DNA of 64,000 nucleotides, taken from NCBI RefSeq assembly GCF_009914755.1, contig NC_060941.1; one strand, written 5' to 3'. The notes under the pieces were generated by a model. That model searched no databases. It was not told the DNA's origin and saw nothing but the letters and a program-made list of their open reading frames with translations. Origin of the DNA: the human T2T-CHM13v2.0 reference genome, Homo sapiens. The position numbers and the translations under genes were made by a program. Of this stretch, positions 14,236 to 26,843 are shown in pieces. How positions within the stretch are numbered: position 1 is the first letter of the stretch; each line of letters opens with the position of its first letter.

Positions 14236-16261
14236 GTGAGTGAGAGTCCCCTTGTCTGGGGAGGATGGGAGGGGGCCACGTGACCAGCGAGGTGCTGGGG
14301 CTGGGGTGCAGCTGGCCCCCGATGGGTGTTGGTCGTGAAGACCCTGTGACCGATGGGAACTAGCCGGACGGATCCCACGCCTGGGAATTTCTCATCTTTT
14401 CCTCCTTGGCCCTCAGAGACGGGGGCATGAGGAGCCCAGTGGCCTGGTTTCTCCCCTTCACCCTCCTGAGGCTGGGACACCCAGGCTGGCCTCTGGCTTT
14501 GACTCTGCCGCTGATGGGCTGTGTGGCCACAGACCAGTGGCTTTACCTCTGTGTTCTTCTGTGTCTGCATCATACTGCGGGGATTTGACCCGAGTCCACG
14601 TGGCTCAAAGGGAAGCTCTCTGGGCATCAGACAAGGGCTGGGAGCTCCCCGGTGCATTTCCAGTGTTCCGCCAGGCTGTAGCGGGGCCGGGAGTCTGCGC
14701 TGTAAACGGCTCACCACTCATTCCCATGCACCGGAAGTTCCGCTGCCCAGACCCATGGAGCAGACAGTCCTGGGGGCCACCTGCAGAGATTGCTTGTCAC
14801 CTGTGACCTCAGGCTCCCTTCCCGGGAAGGGTGTGTCCTGTCCCCTTGCTCTCATGGTGGTCGTGGAGAGTGGAGATGGTCTGGGAGCCTGCAGGAGGAG
14901 GGCCCCGCAGTGGCCAGCGGGCAGGTGTGTGTGAAGAGCTGGGGCTGGTGGCAGGGGCTCTTCAGAATGGGGGACGCAAATAGAAACCCTGAAAGCATTG
15001 TCCAGCTGACCACTGGCAAGGCCCCCGCATACAGCCAGGGCATCCATGTGGGTGGCTGAGGCCCCCACCATAGGCCGGGAAGGAGCCCCAGGCCCAGGAC
15101 TCCTGAATCCAGGCCTGGTTCTTTCTAGCACGGGGCCTCTCCTTGACCTGGTGGGCCAGGGATTGAGCCTGGGGCTGGCCCCCCAATTCTGGGCCCACGA
15201 AAGTCCACATCTGCCCACCTCCCTCCGTCCTCCTCCTCACTCCAGCTGGACATAGCCCATCTTTCCTGTCCCATCTTTAACTGACCCCAGGAGGTGCAGC
15301 CCCTATCCCCTCAGTGGCCCTGCCAGCCCCAGCACCTCCTGGCCACCTCTGGGAAGGCAGAACGACCTCTCTGTTCTGCTCAGCTTCCCAAGGCTGTCCT
15401 AATCATATGCTTCTCAGGGGATCTGGGATGAGTCCCATTGCTTACCTGAGCCTCAGTTTCCTTATATGTAAGATGGAGATGATGCCACTTGCTGAGTGTA
15501 TACGGGGAGGACAGAGCACGGGTGCCTAACAGGCTCCCAGCAAACAGTGACCTCTGCGTCCAAAGGAAGCTGGTGAGGAAAGAGGAGGAGGGAGGAAACG
15601 GCGGTGGAAGAAGAGGGGTGAGAAGCGAAGGCCACCTGTGGAGGAGGCCTCACTATCCAGAATCTGAGCTCCGTCCCTTCCCTGACCCCGTGGGGGTCCG
15701 GCAGCCCTACCCTGGGACCCAGACCTCATGGAGATCCTAACTGGGCCAGCTGCTTGAACAAGGCTTTCTTCTTTAATAAGGACAGTGGTCAGGACCTTTT
15801 AGCACAGTGAAATGAATGACGAGGCCCAAAGGTATCTAAAGGAATCTGGAGAACTTCTAAAATGTTCTCGTTTATTGTGTGTGTGTGTGTATGTGAGAGA
15901 GTTCATACGCACACTCCCTACGCACACACTGAAGCCAGGGTAAGACCCCAGTAATTCAGCCCCATTCCCCACAGGCCTTCTGGCCTTCTACAGGGTGAAG
16001 AAGAGCAGCTGGCAGGTATTATGCATCAATTCAGAAGCTGCCAGGCTATGGGCATCAAAGTTCAAGGCCCTTCAGGGGTCTACAGTCAATTCCTAAAAGC
16101 TGCGTTAAGCTGTATACATCCCAGGGCAGTGCAGAAACTTCCACCTCCCACGGGAAAATAAACCTAGATTTAGAAATGAAACTTGCAATTACTTTAAGAT
16201 AAAGGAAGTGCGTCTCCAAGCCAGGAAAGTAGGGGCCCTGGGTTGTTTTGAAAGGAGCTCA

Positions 16262-16579
<318 letters not shown>

Positions 16580-18016
16580 TCATATGGTCCCTGAGCTGCA
16601 GGGACTGCATCCTCCCAGCCCTGGGTCTTCAGTGTCCCCTGGGGACTGTTAGGTGGGCCATGGGGCAGGCCTCTCTCCACTCCCCTAGGCAGCCTTCTTG
16701 TGAGATGACGACTTGAGCAGGACGCCCAAGGCTCTTGTAGCTTTCCTAGGCTTTGGACCTGGGCACCGCAGCACTGTCCTCCTAGCAAAGCGGTGGGCCC
16801 AGAGGAGTTAATGGGTCGCAGAGGGAAAGCCCTGTGCTTCTCCTCTCCCCATCCTTCCCTGCACAAGGCCTAGGGGTAACCTCGGCAAGGAGGTAGGAGG
16901 GGAAGGGAGAGGAATAGGTGGGCTTGCTTAGGGGATGGATTGTTTTGATCGCCTATTTGGTTTGGTTTTAGTCTTGAAGAACTCTTTAAGCAGCTACACT
17001 GTGGAGAGGCAGCTGGGAGCAAGGAGGAAGGCACTGACCCACAGCCTCTGCTCTGTTCTTTAATCATGAAATCATGAAAATGGGGCTTGTAAAAGGGCCC
17101 AAAACTGATCCTGTGTTCCACTGGATTCTATTTGACTCAACCTGGTTTTCTTGTCCTCTGACTTTGTTCCTTCCAGTGAATTCTGCCTCCCCAGCAATAT
17201 TCCAGGGGCACCTTGGCCCCTCAGAGCTCTCCTGGCCCCTCACCTCTTCTCTTCAGGCAGCCCCTCTCTGTCTGCCGAACCTGACACCCTCCTTTCGTAG
17301 ACTCGAAGGAGCCCCTTAGGCCTTCCCTGCGCCCTGCCCTGTTGTGGCCGCCCTGGGCAATGGGGGGCATCTCTCTTGGGGCGGGGAAGGGTGGGGCAGA
17401 GCCTCAGGGTGCCATCGGACCCTCTGTTCCCTGACTCAGCCTTCCCTTTGCCTGACACCCGACTCCCTCATGGGTTATCAGCAAAGCAGGTGGCAGGGAC
17501 AGCGGGCTTCAGGTTGCTTGGGTCATAGGCAGTGACACGGGCCTGGCTGGGTGAGATGACTTGCCCAGTTACCCAGCCAGGGAGTGGCCCGGCCTCCCGC
17601 CCCTTCCACAGCAGCCTTCCTTGAGCTTTTCCTTCCCATCACAATTCCTCCAGAGAGCTGCCGGCCAGCCCTGTGTGCTCACCTTTCTAGACCTAATGGT
17701 GGTTACCCGGCTCCTGCCCCCACACCCATGGCCCAGGCGCGTCACCCAGCTGTCCACATTTCTGCTGCAAGACAAGGCTGGAGGAACAGCAGGTGGGGGT
17801 GGGGTGGGGGGGGCCACAGTGGGATCCCCCCTGGGAGCTGATGGGGGCTGGGGCTCTGGCACCACTAGCTTTCATGTCCTCCTCACCACACTCCAAGCCT
17901 GTGACTCCACAGCCAGGACTGACACTCTCCCTGTGATTCCTCAGTCCTGGGGGTGGTGTGGTGTTTCTGGTTCCAGGACTGTTCCTGGGACTCTTGTGGT
18001 CACTTAAAAGTTGGGG

Positions 18017-18279
18017 GCACTTCGGGAGGCAGAGGTGGGCGGATCACGAGGTCAGGAGTTTGAAACCAGTCTGGCCAACATAGTGAAACCCCGTCTCTAT
18101 TAAAAATACAAAAAATTAGCTGGGTGTGGTGGTGTGCACCTGTAATCCCAGGGAGGCTGAGGCAGGAGAATTGTTTGAACCTGGAAGGTGGAGGTTGCAG
18201 TGAGCTGAGATCGTGCCGTTGCACTCCAACCTGAGCAACAGAGTGAGACTCTGTCTCAAAAAAAAATAAAAAATAAAAA
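18017..18279 (+). mobile_element. 5'-truncated AluS
   Basis: Alu consensus; TSD aaaagttgggg. Confidence 0.93.
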
Positions 18280-19418
18280 GTTGGGGAGTCCTCCCCACCC
18301 TCAGCTCAGCCTGTGTGTTCAGGCAGGAGGCAGGCCAAGAACAATGTCTGGAAAGGGATTTCACGGGCCTCTGCGGAGGGCTCAGAGGAGCCCTGCGGGG
18401 TGGGGTGGCAGGGCCTCGGGGAGTGTGTTTGGTCATAGAGGAGTGAGTGCCCCCACAGGGGCTGGCGGGGGGCCCTGAGGACAATGCCAGGCCCACGGGT
18501 TTCTCTGAGGCTGAGGCAAGGCCTCCAGTGGGCTCTGCTGGCATCTGTGGAGAATCTCCCATGTGTCCTGTGTTGGGCCCCTGGCCCCCCTGAGAAGGTG
18601 TGTAAGGGGGTGTCCCTCCCACACAGACTTGGGCCAGCCCAGGGAGAAGGTGACCAGTAGGGGGAGGGCAGGAGGGATCTGGCCTGGGGATGAGAGAGCA
18701 GGGGAGGCCGCCAGGCCGGGCGGGCCAGGGCGGGCCGGGCAGGGGCTCCCTCGGAGGCTGCATAATCCCCGCTCTCTGACTGACACCCGGCAGGGGGCCA
18801 ATTAGGAAACACATTTCCTTCACCCAGGGCACTTGGATGTTCCAGAAGCCGCTAATGAGAACCTGGGGTTTGCTGCCCCTGCTGAGTGAAGAGCAGGCCC
18901 GGCTGCCAGCAGCCCCGGACCCCCTTCCTCCTCCAGGCCTCGCAGACCTTGCCCTCGTGTGGCTGAAGAGCGCGGGTCTGGGGCTCCGCGGACCTGGGCG
19001 GCGGCCAGAGGGTGGAAGGCTGGGGCGGTGGGGGCCCATGAGAAGGGGCCTGTGGGCTTGGGGCGCCGGCCCTGTCCCGTGTTCTCTCGGGCACACGCTT
19101 ACAGAGAGCCAGAGCCCAGCTCCCGTAGGCTTAAGGGCACGAAGCAAGGCAAAGGGATGTGGGGTGGGGGGGGGGGGGCCTCAGTGCCAAGGCCCTGCCA
19201 TGCCACTCATATCGGAGGGACCCCAGGACCGAAGGGAGCGCTGGAGACGCAGGTTCCTAATTTGCTGTGTGACTGTGGACAGGGAGCTTCGCTGCCGGGG
19301 CCTCGGTTTCCTCATCTGTCACATGGAGGTGTAGTGGAGGGCACATGATATCCTTCTAAGTGAGACCCTGGCTGTGCCCCCCGCCCACAGCAGGCACCGT
19401 GTCTAAGGGGTGGGGGCC

Positions 19419-19562
19419 GTGGGGAGGCGGTCTCGTGGGGAGGCGGTCTCGTGGGGAGGCTGTCTCGTGGGGAGGCTGTCTCGTGGGGAGGCGGTCTCGT
19501 GGGGAGGTGGTCTCGTGGGGAGGCTGTCTCGTGGGGAGGCGGTCTCATGGGGAGGCTGTCTC
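19419..19562 (+). repeat. Minisatellite, 9 x 16 bp (GTGGGGAGGCKGTCTC)
   Basis: Nine contiguous units counted directly. Confidence 0.95.
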
Positions 19563-20142
19563 AGGTCACCTGGCCGCCCTCTCCTGGGGCACTCAGTCCT
19601 CTGTTACCCTCTAGGGGATCCGGCTGTTCTTACAAATGCTTGGAGGAGAGCCGCCAGGGAGGCTGAGTGGGTAGCAGTTATTTCCAGAAGATAGGTTTTA
19701 TTATTTTCAAGCATATTCGCGATTCCTGCCAGCTTCTCAGGAAAGCCCAACCTTGGAGGGACCCTTCCTCTGCGAGGAGGCGGCGAGTGAGCGTGGGTGT
19801 GTGTGCGTGCTCACCACACAGTTGGCATCCTGTGGGGCAGCTCAGATACAGGCGGAGCAAGGCCCTGCTGGAGGCACCTGCCCTGCAGTCACACAGCACA
19901 CACCTGAAACCACAGCCCCGGAAACCACCGCCAGGGAACTGGAGCATCCCAGCCCCGCCCCCCGAGGCCCCGCCTCACACCCCACCAAGCCAAGAGGCTT
20001 CCTTGGCGGAGCCCCTCTGCCTCCTCCTGTTCCCTTCCCGTCTCCCTTCCAACCTCTTCCTCCCATCCCGTCCCCGTGCTCCTGGGAAGAAGCTCCACTG
20101 TTCCATCCTCACCTCCTCCTGTCTGCGCTGCCTCCCACGTCT

Positions 20143-20990
20143 CACACAACCGCTGTGCTCACGTCCACACCACTCACAGGCACACATACCACACACGCAT
20201 GCACACATACCACATGCATGCACACACCATCACATCAAACACATACACCATCACACACACACACTTTATCACACAGGCACATATACCACATGCACGCATA
20301 CACACATACACAATCACAAACACACCACACACATCAAACACAGATACACAGACTATCAGTCACACACACATCATACACACACCATCACACACCACACACA
20401 CTTTATCACACAGGCACACACACCACATGCGCACATACATACACCATCACACCACACATCAGATACACAGACTGTCACACACAGTCACACACATAGCACA
20501 CACACATGCACATACACACCATCACACACACCACACACATCAAACACAGATACACCATCACACACAGGCACACACACTATCACACACACATCACACACGC
20601 ATGCATACACACACCATCACACATCAGATACAGACTCACGCACACACATCAAACACACCATCACATCAAACACACCATCACACACCACACACATCAGATA
20701 TACACACCACACTTATACAGACACACGTATCACACACGCACACACACCACACACATCAGATACACTATCACACACAGACTCACACATTTATCATACAGGC
20801 ACACATACCACACACATATCACACACATTCACACACTATCCCACACTATTACATACCACACGCATTATCGCACACATGCACACCCCATCACACACACCAT
20901 CACACACACACCCCACCACTACACGCATACCACTACACACAGCATCACACATGCACACACCATTACACACACACCATCACAGCACTGCAC
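20143..20990 (+). repeat. Degenerate CA-rich low-complexity tract (~850 bp)
   Basis: Recurrent subunits caccatcacacac, acatcagatacac and cacaggcacac. Confidence 0.95.
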
Positions 20991-21024
20991 ATCCCGAGAA
21001 GTCCTGGCCCAGCCTCCCCTCCAC

Positions 21025-21300
21025 ACTCGTTCATTGAGCACCTGCTGTGGGCCCCATCCTGCCCTGGGTGCTGAGCTTGCAGATCTGTGTGAGGCTCAGT
21101 CCTGACCCTCAGAGAGCTTACAGTCTAGGAGGGGAGACCGACATACAGACAAGGGCCACAGAAGGAGGGGGTGTGGCCGGGTTGCAGCCTGAGGTGGGCA
21201 CACACACGGTGTGGCCCATTCTTTAGAGGGGGCAAGGGTGGGAAGGCTTCCTGGAGGAGGGAGCCTGAGTAGCCAGTGCTCACTGGGCAAAGCAGGGCTC
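21025..21300. mobile_element. L2 relic
   Basis: cattgagcacctgctgtg...gagcttacagtctagg...aggcttcctggaggagg. Confidence 0.55.
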
Positions 21301-21843
21301 CTCGGTGGAGGGAGGAAGGTCTCTAAGCAAGAAGCTAGGCATAGCATGAGGAAACGGGAGAAGAGTAAGAGCGGGGGCGTTCAGTGCAGTGTGGGGCCCA
21401 GGGAGGCTGGAGAGAGGCTGGTGTTGGCCTCATCAGTTGCATCTGTGTGCCGAAGCCACTCTGACCCCTCCAGCTCACGTGGACACGCGGGGGCTCCCAT
21501 CCACGCCCCGATCCCCTGCCTCAGGTGGCCTGGGTGCTGCCGCTGGCTTCTTCCTACTCCCTGGGACTCAGAAAGAGGGGGAGACAGAGAGCTCACATTC
21601 TGAAAGGTGAGATCATCTCACTTCTGCCAGTTCTTGGAAAAGTTATTCGTTCCCAGAAATGTTTATTAGTCACCCTTTTGTTGAAAGACATTTTGGCACC
21701 ACCAGATGGAAAAATCAAAATGCTTCTCACAGGACGATTTGTCTCAAGTATTCCGCCTGACATCCCACAAGGATGATTTCTGAGGATACAACTCAAGGAG
21801 GATGTTCTGTTGGCATCTGTGGGGAGAAGCCAGATCTGTTCAG

Positions 21844-21844
<1 letters not shown>

Positions 21845-21887
<43 letters not shown>

Positions 21888-22190
21888 CTGTGTATGAGAG
21901 TGTGTGACTACGCATGTGTGATTGTGTTCGTGACTGATTGTGTGTGTGTGACTGCGTGTGTGACTGGGTGTGTGGCTGTGACTGCGTGTGTGATTGTGTT
22001 TATGACTGAGACTGTGTGTGACTGATTCTGTGACTGTAAGTGTGACTGTGTGAGACTGTGACTGGGTGTGTGGCTGTGTGACTATGCGTGTGTGATTGTG
22101 TTTGTGACTGAGAGTGTGTGACTGTGTTACTGTGAGTGTGTGACTGTGGCTGTTTGTGACTGTGTGAGACTGTGTGTGTGTGACTGTGTG
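21845..22190 (+). repeat. Pure (TG)n followed by a degenerate TGTGAC-rich tract
   Basis: Direct reading of the sequence. Confidence 0.95.
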
Positions 22191-25100
22191 CTCTCTTGGG
22201 GGTCCGTGGAAGCAGTGGGCCTGGGGACCTGAGCAGAATTCTGATTTGCATCACCATACCGTCTGCGTGCCCCGGTACCTCCAGAACCAGTGGAAACCAA
22301 GTAGAGGGCTTGCCCAGCCAACAACTATTCCCTCCCGCTGCTGGGACCCGGACTGGGCACATCACAGCCTTGATGCTCATCCTTATTTAATCTCCACACA
22401 CACCTTGCGAGGGAGGGATTTTCATTCTGTCAATAGGATGCTGAGACTCAACAAGATAAAATACTCTGCGCGGGATTAGGTACTCCACGGCTGAGATCTT
22501 GCTTCTCTCCCACACCCGGGAGGCCAGGCTTTGGCAGCAGGAGTAGGCACGGCAGTCCTTTAGAACACTCAAGAACTGGGACCCCATCGGGGCCACTGAC
22601 TCTGGATGAGCCTTGGAGGAGAGACCACAGAGACATCTTCATGGGCAAACAGGCGGGAGCGGGCACCGTGGTGCTGGGGATGTCCGAGATGATGGAGCAG
22701 AGGCACTGGGCATAGTGGCAGGGATGTTGGTGGTAGCGGGTGGTGGTCCAGAGGTGGATTGGTGATGAGCATGGCTGTGTGTTCGAGGAAGCTTCCAGGA
22801 AGACCCCTGATGGTGAGGGGGGAGACCTAGTTGGCAATGGAGGCAGGCATAGAGAAGAGGCAGTGGTGGGAATGACCGTAGCTCACTATGGAGCTGATGT
22901 GGGTCAGTGTGTGGTGGGCGGTGGTGGATGGATCCCAGTCCTGGCTCAGCCCTTGTCCAGTCGCTCAGGCTGGGAATCAGATGAGCCGGGGAGGGGAGGG
23001 TCTCACCACTCCCGCCTCTTGTCTCCAGCTAGCCTCAGGGACACGGGGCCTCTCAGCAAATGACGGACTCTCCCCCTCAGGAGCACCCTCTCTCCTTTTC
23101 TTGACCTTGGAGTCAATGGCTATTCCTGATCGGGCTCAATCCCTTCAAGTGTGGAAAGCTGGACAGGTTATCAGCCCCTTTGTAGGGATGAAGTTACTAT
23201 GTCTTGGATGTGGGCAGAGATGTTAGAGGAGCACCCTGGGGGCTGTCCCCCAAGGTCAGGGCCCCTGCTGTGGGCCCAGAGGCAGCTGATGTGATGGCTG
23301 CGAAAGGCCACCTCTCCCGAGCTTGCCCCCCTGTCCAGGGACAGGACGCAGACCAGCCAGCAGCACGTGGCATAGTGTTTCGGAGACTTGCTGACCCTTC
23401 CCTGGGGTCACCGGCCCCTGGGGAATCCTCTGATTTCCCCCACCAGATGTGACCCCCCCTCCCTGAGTGCCAGCCCCATATGGAGGCCAGATGTGGAGCT
23501 GGGCCCGCGTGAGTCAGTCTGAGGTCGTGGAATGCGGGTGACCACCAGGTTGGCCAGGGAGGGCCAGTCGGTCCCCATGACAGCTCGACAGAAAAGCCCC
23601 AGAGCCCACAGGAAGCTTGCTCTGGTGAGAGCCCGGTGGGGGCAGGGTGCTGTGATGCTGGGGTCTCCAGGCCCAGGAGGCTCTGGGGGGGATGCGGCCC
23701 TTCCCAGCACAGCGACTTGCCATCCCGCAGAGCGGGAGCCCTGAGGGGAGAGATGGGCCCCAGAAGGGCCCTCCCTGGGATCTGGGCAGCTTTCTGGCCC
23801 TCATCTGCTCCTTCCCTGGAGCTTCCTCTTGTCTCTCCCGATGCTGTTTTCCTCTCCTCTGAGCATCCTGTTTTTAGGAAGGAGGGGTGGGGAGAGAGGG
23901 CTCTAAGGGGCCACAGAGGCATCTGATGAACAGTATCTCCTGCCCTTTTACAGATGGGGACACCAAAGCTCAGAGTAGGGGTGGGGTGGGGATCTGTCCA
24001 AGGTGCCCGGAGTGTGGGGCTGGGGACACCAGGCGGGAAAGGCTAGTCTTCTCCTGGCTCAGCCGTGCCCTGTGTCTCCGTGACCACAGAGATCTTCTCC
24101 CGACGCAGAGCGCGGGTGGGCATTTCGTGAGGTGTACCCGCTGGCTCTCCCCTGGGATGAGTGCCTTTGGCACTGAGGACCTCAGCACCCCCGCCATTGT
24201 TCCTGGGTTTCCTTCCTGAGGCCTGTCTCAAAGTCTTCACAAACCTATCAGCTCAGTTCTGCCTGTGCTGGGCTCAGGCCTCTGAGATACCATGGGGTAC
24301 CCGGGGGGGGACCCCAGCCTCCCAAGTAGTCTACAGGAGCTTTGGGGGGCATCTTTGCAAGCCCTGACCCCTGAGTCAGTTCATCCGGCAGCGCTCAGCT
24401 CTGCCCCCACCCTGCTGTGGCCCCCAGGTCTCAGCTCCTTCCTTCAGGTCTCCTCAGGGAAGCAGATTTTGAAGATGGCTTGACTTTTAGGAGCTGACGA
24501 GTTCCGAGCCAAGTCCCGTGTGTAGAGAGTGCATGGATGCTAACCCCACACGGGACAGGGCTCCACACCAGGGTGCCCTGGGAGCGCCCTGGAAATGCCA
24601 GCCCGGCTTGCGGTGAGGGGATGCTCTTGGCTGTCAGGCAAAGGGGCTCGCTGGAGGTGGCACCTTGGTGGAGAAATGGGCGGTCTTTGAGAGGTTCTCA
24701 GCCGGGCCACTCCCGCTCTGTGGAGTGGTATTAATATACATCTGCAGGCCTGGTGGGCCTCTGGCTGAAACACCTTCCACACCAAGCCTTCTGGGAGCCC
24801 CGGAGGGAGCTGAAGGTGGACTGGATTGAGCCCATGCCAAGGGAGGCTGGCTTTCTCACTTTCCCTCCTCCAGAGGCTGGGCCCCCATTGCTGCTGAGGG
24901 CGCTGGCCTCGGGGCGGTTGGGGGGACGCTCACTGCTCCACCCTCCTACTGGGTGGTTCTCGATGGCATGTCCCGCGGGCCCAGCCCTCACCGATGCCTT
25001 TGTTCAGGGAGCTGGTTGGCTGCTCCAGCCAGCCTCGGAGCACTGGGGCTGAGCCAGAGGTGGGAGGGCCTCGGGGGAGGGGAGCACTGTCCACCCTTCA

Positions 25101-25381
25101 GGATGACTCTGACAGCCATGTCCCTGCCTCTGGTGGGCCCAGCCCCTTAAAGGGTCGGGGGGACAAGTGTGGAATTCGGAGGCAGGAGAAGGAGGCGGCT
25201 GCGGCTTCCTCCTTGGGCAGCAGGCTCTCCCCCAGGCTGCTGTGCTGGAGGCAGCAGCCTGCATCCCGAGGGCACCCCAGCTGGGGCAGAGCAGGGCCCA
25301 GATCCACTCCCTACTTAAGCCTCTTGCTAAGAAGGGTGCCAGTCCCCGATCTCTTCTCACTGCTGAGCCTCACGGTGCAGA

Positions 25382-25457
25382 GCTGGACAGGCCAGGCCTG
25401 ACTGTGCCCACCTCCCAGGGGACAGGGCTGGTCTCCTCCCCAAGGGTCTGGCTCTCT
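25382..25457 (+). repeat. 76-bp direct repeat, copy 1
   Basis: Identical to 26844-26918 except for one extra A. Confidence 0.95.
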
Positions 25458-26843
25458 AGGACCTCCAGGACCTAGCAGGGGAAACTGAGGCAGCATCCAC
25501 ACTGCTTTCAGTTCTGAGAGAGAGGGTCATCCTGTTCTGTCTTTGGTTGAGGGGAAACCTTCAGCCAGCTCTACGTTGGGTGTCCTCATGTTGTCTAAGT
25601 CCTGGGGCAGGGCCCCGGTGGCAGGCACATGGCAGGAGATCCCTGAGGACTCCTGAGGGCAGCGGTGGCAGTTGCCAGGCCTGGCCACAGTGAGCCTCCA
25701 GCCCTCTGCCTTGTTTGATATAGACTGGGCAGGGGCCACGGTGACCCCCCGTCCCGGGTGTGGCGGCCCCCTCTCCCACACTCCCCGGCAAGGAGTCAGG
25801 AGAGGGCAGATGAGCATCACTGAGACCAAGCCTTGGCTCTGGCGGCCCTTCCTCCCTTCGCAGGGCCTGGGAAGCATGTGCTCAGAGCTGCATTTCAGGA
25901 AAGCAGCTGCAGCTCGTGACACGCTTTCCACAGCGGGAGATTTATGGGGCTGTGCGGCTTTCATGGTTTCTGTGGGGTTCCTATTCTCCCCCTCATTTGT
26001 CCTGGCCGCTGTCTCCGAGGCAGATGGGTGACAAGCCTCCCCTAGCTGGACCGGCCCAACAGGAAGGTATGGCTGTGTAGGGGAGGGGAGAGGCTGACCA
26101 CCTCAGCCTCCTTCGGAGGGGGAAGCTGCTGGGAGCCACTGGGGGCCCACCTCGAGCAGCCCATAAATCTGCGAGACCTCCAGGAGGTAGGAAGCCTCCC
26201 CGCGGAGGTGTCCCACACACTTAGGCCTTGCCAGGGAAAGGAGAAGGGCCAGCAGCCCCCAGAGTCTGTGCTGCGGCCACTCCCCCAGGGCCCAGCCTGC
26301 AAGTTGTTTATTCGGGGCTGGGCCTTTCCCGCCCTGTGTCGGTTCCCAACAGGCAGATGAATGGGCAGCATCTATAACTTCTGCACCGGCCGGACAGCTT
26401 TCCTACAACCTGGCCCGGGCGGGGAGCTTTGATCCCAGCAGGAGGTCCACCAAATCTGCAAGGAGGGGCATCCGTCAGTTCCCATCTACTCCTGCCACCA
26501 ACTTTCTGGGGTGGTGACAATGCAGGGTCCTCAGAAGGTCTAGAGCTCACAGGCTATGGTGGCTCCTGGGCCCGGACTGGAACTGGGGAGGGAGGGAGGT
26601 TTTGGATGGACTGGGGTCTGGACAGAGGACAGGGATGCTCCAAGTCCCCCTCTGGAGGAATCTAAGCATAGGCTGTGACCTAGAGTTCCCCATTCTTCAG
26701 GTTGCCTTTGACGGCCTGGTAATGGGTCAACATTGGGACTCTGGGGAAGTTGAGGTACCCCAGGAAGGAAGACCAGATGCTCACTCTGGTGCCTTTCACT
26801 GCAGCCAGGGACGCGGGAAGCAGCAGCTGAAAAGACACCCAGG

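Noticed and set aside
19419-19562. Repeat array considered as CRISPR-like
   Set aside because: Head-to-tail units with no spacers in a primate genome, so an ordinary minisatellite.
19667-21105. Long His/Thr-rich ORFs (456, 332, 247 and 199 aa)
   Set aside because: They are translations of the CA-rich low-complexity tract, which lacks stop codons in all + frames.
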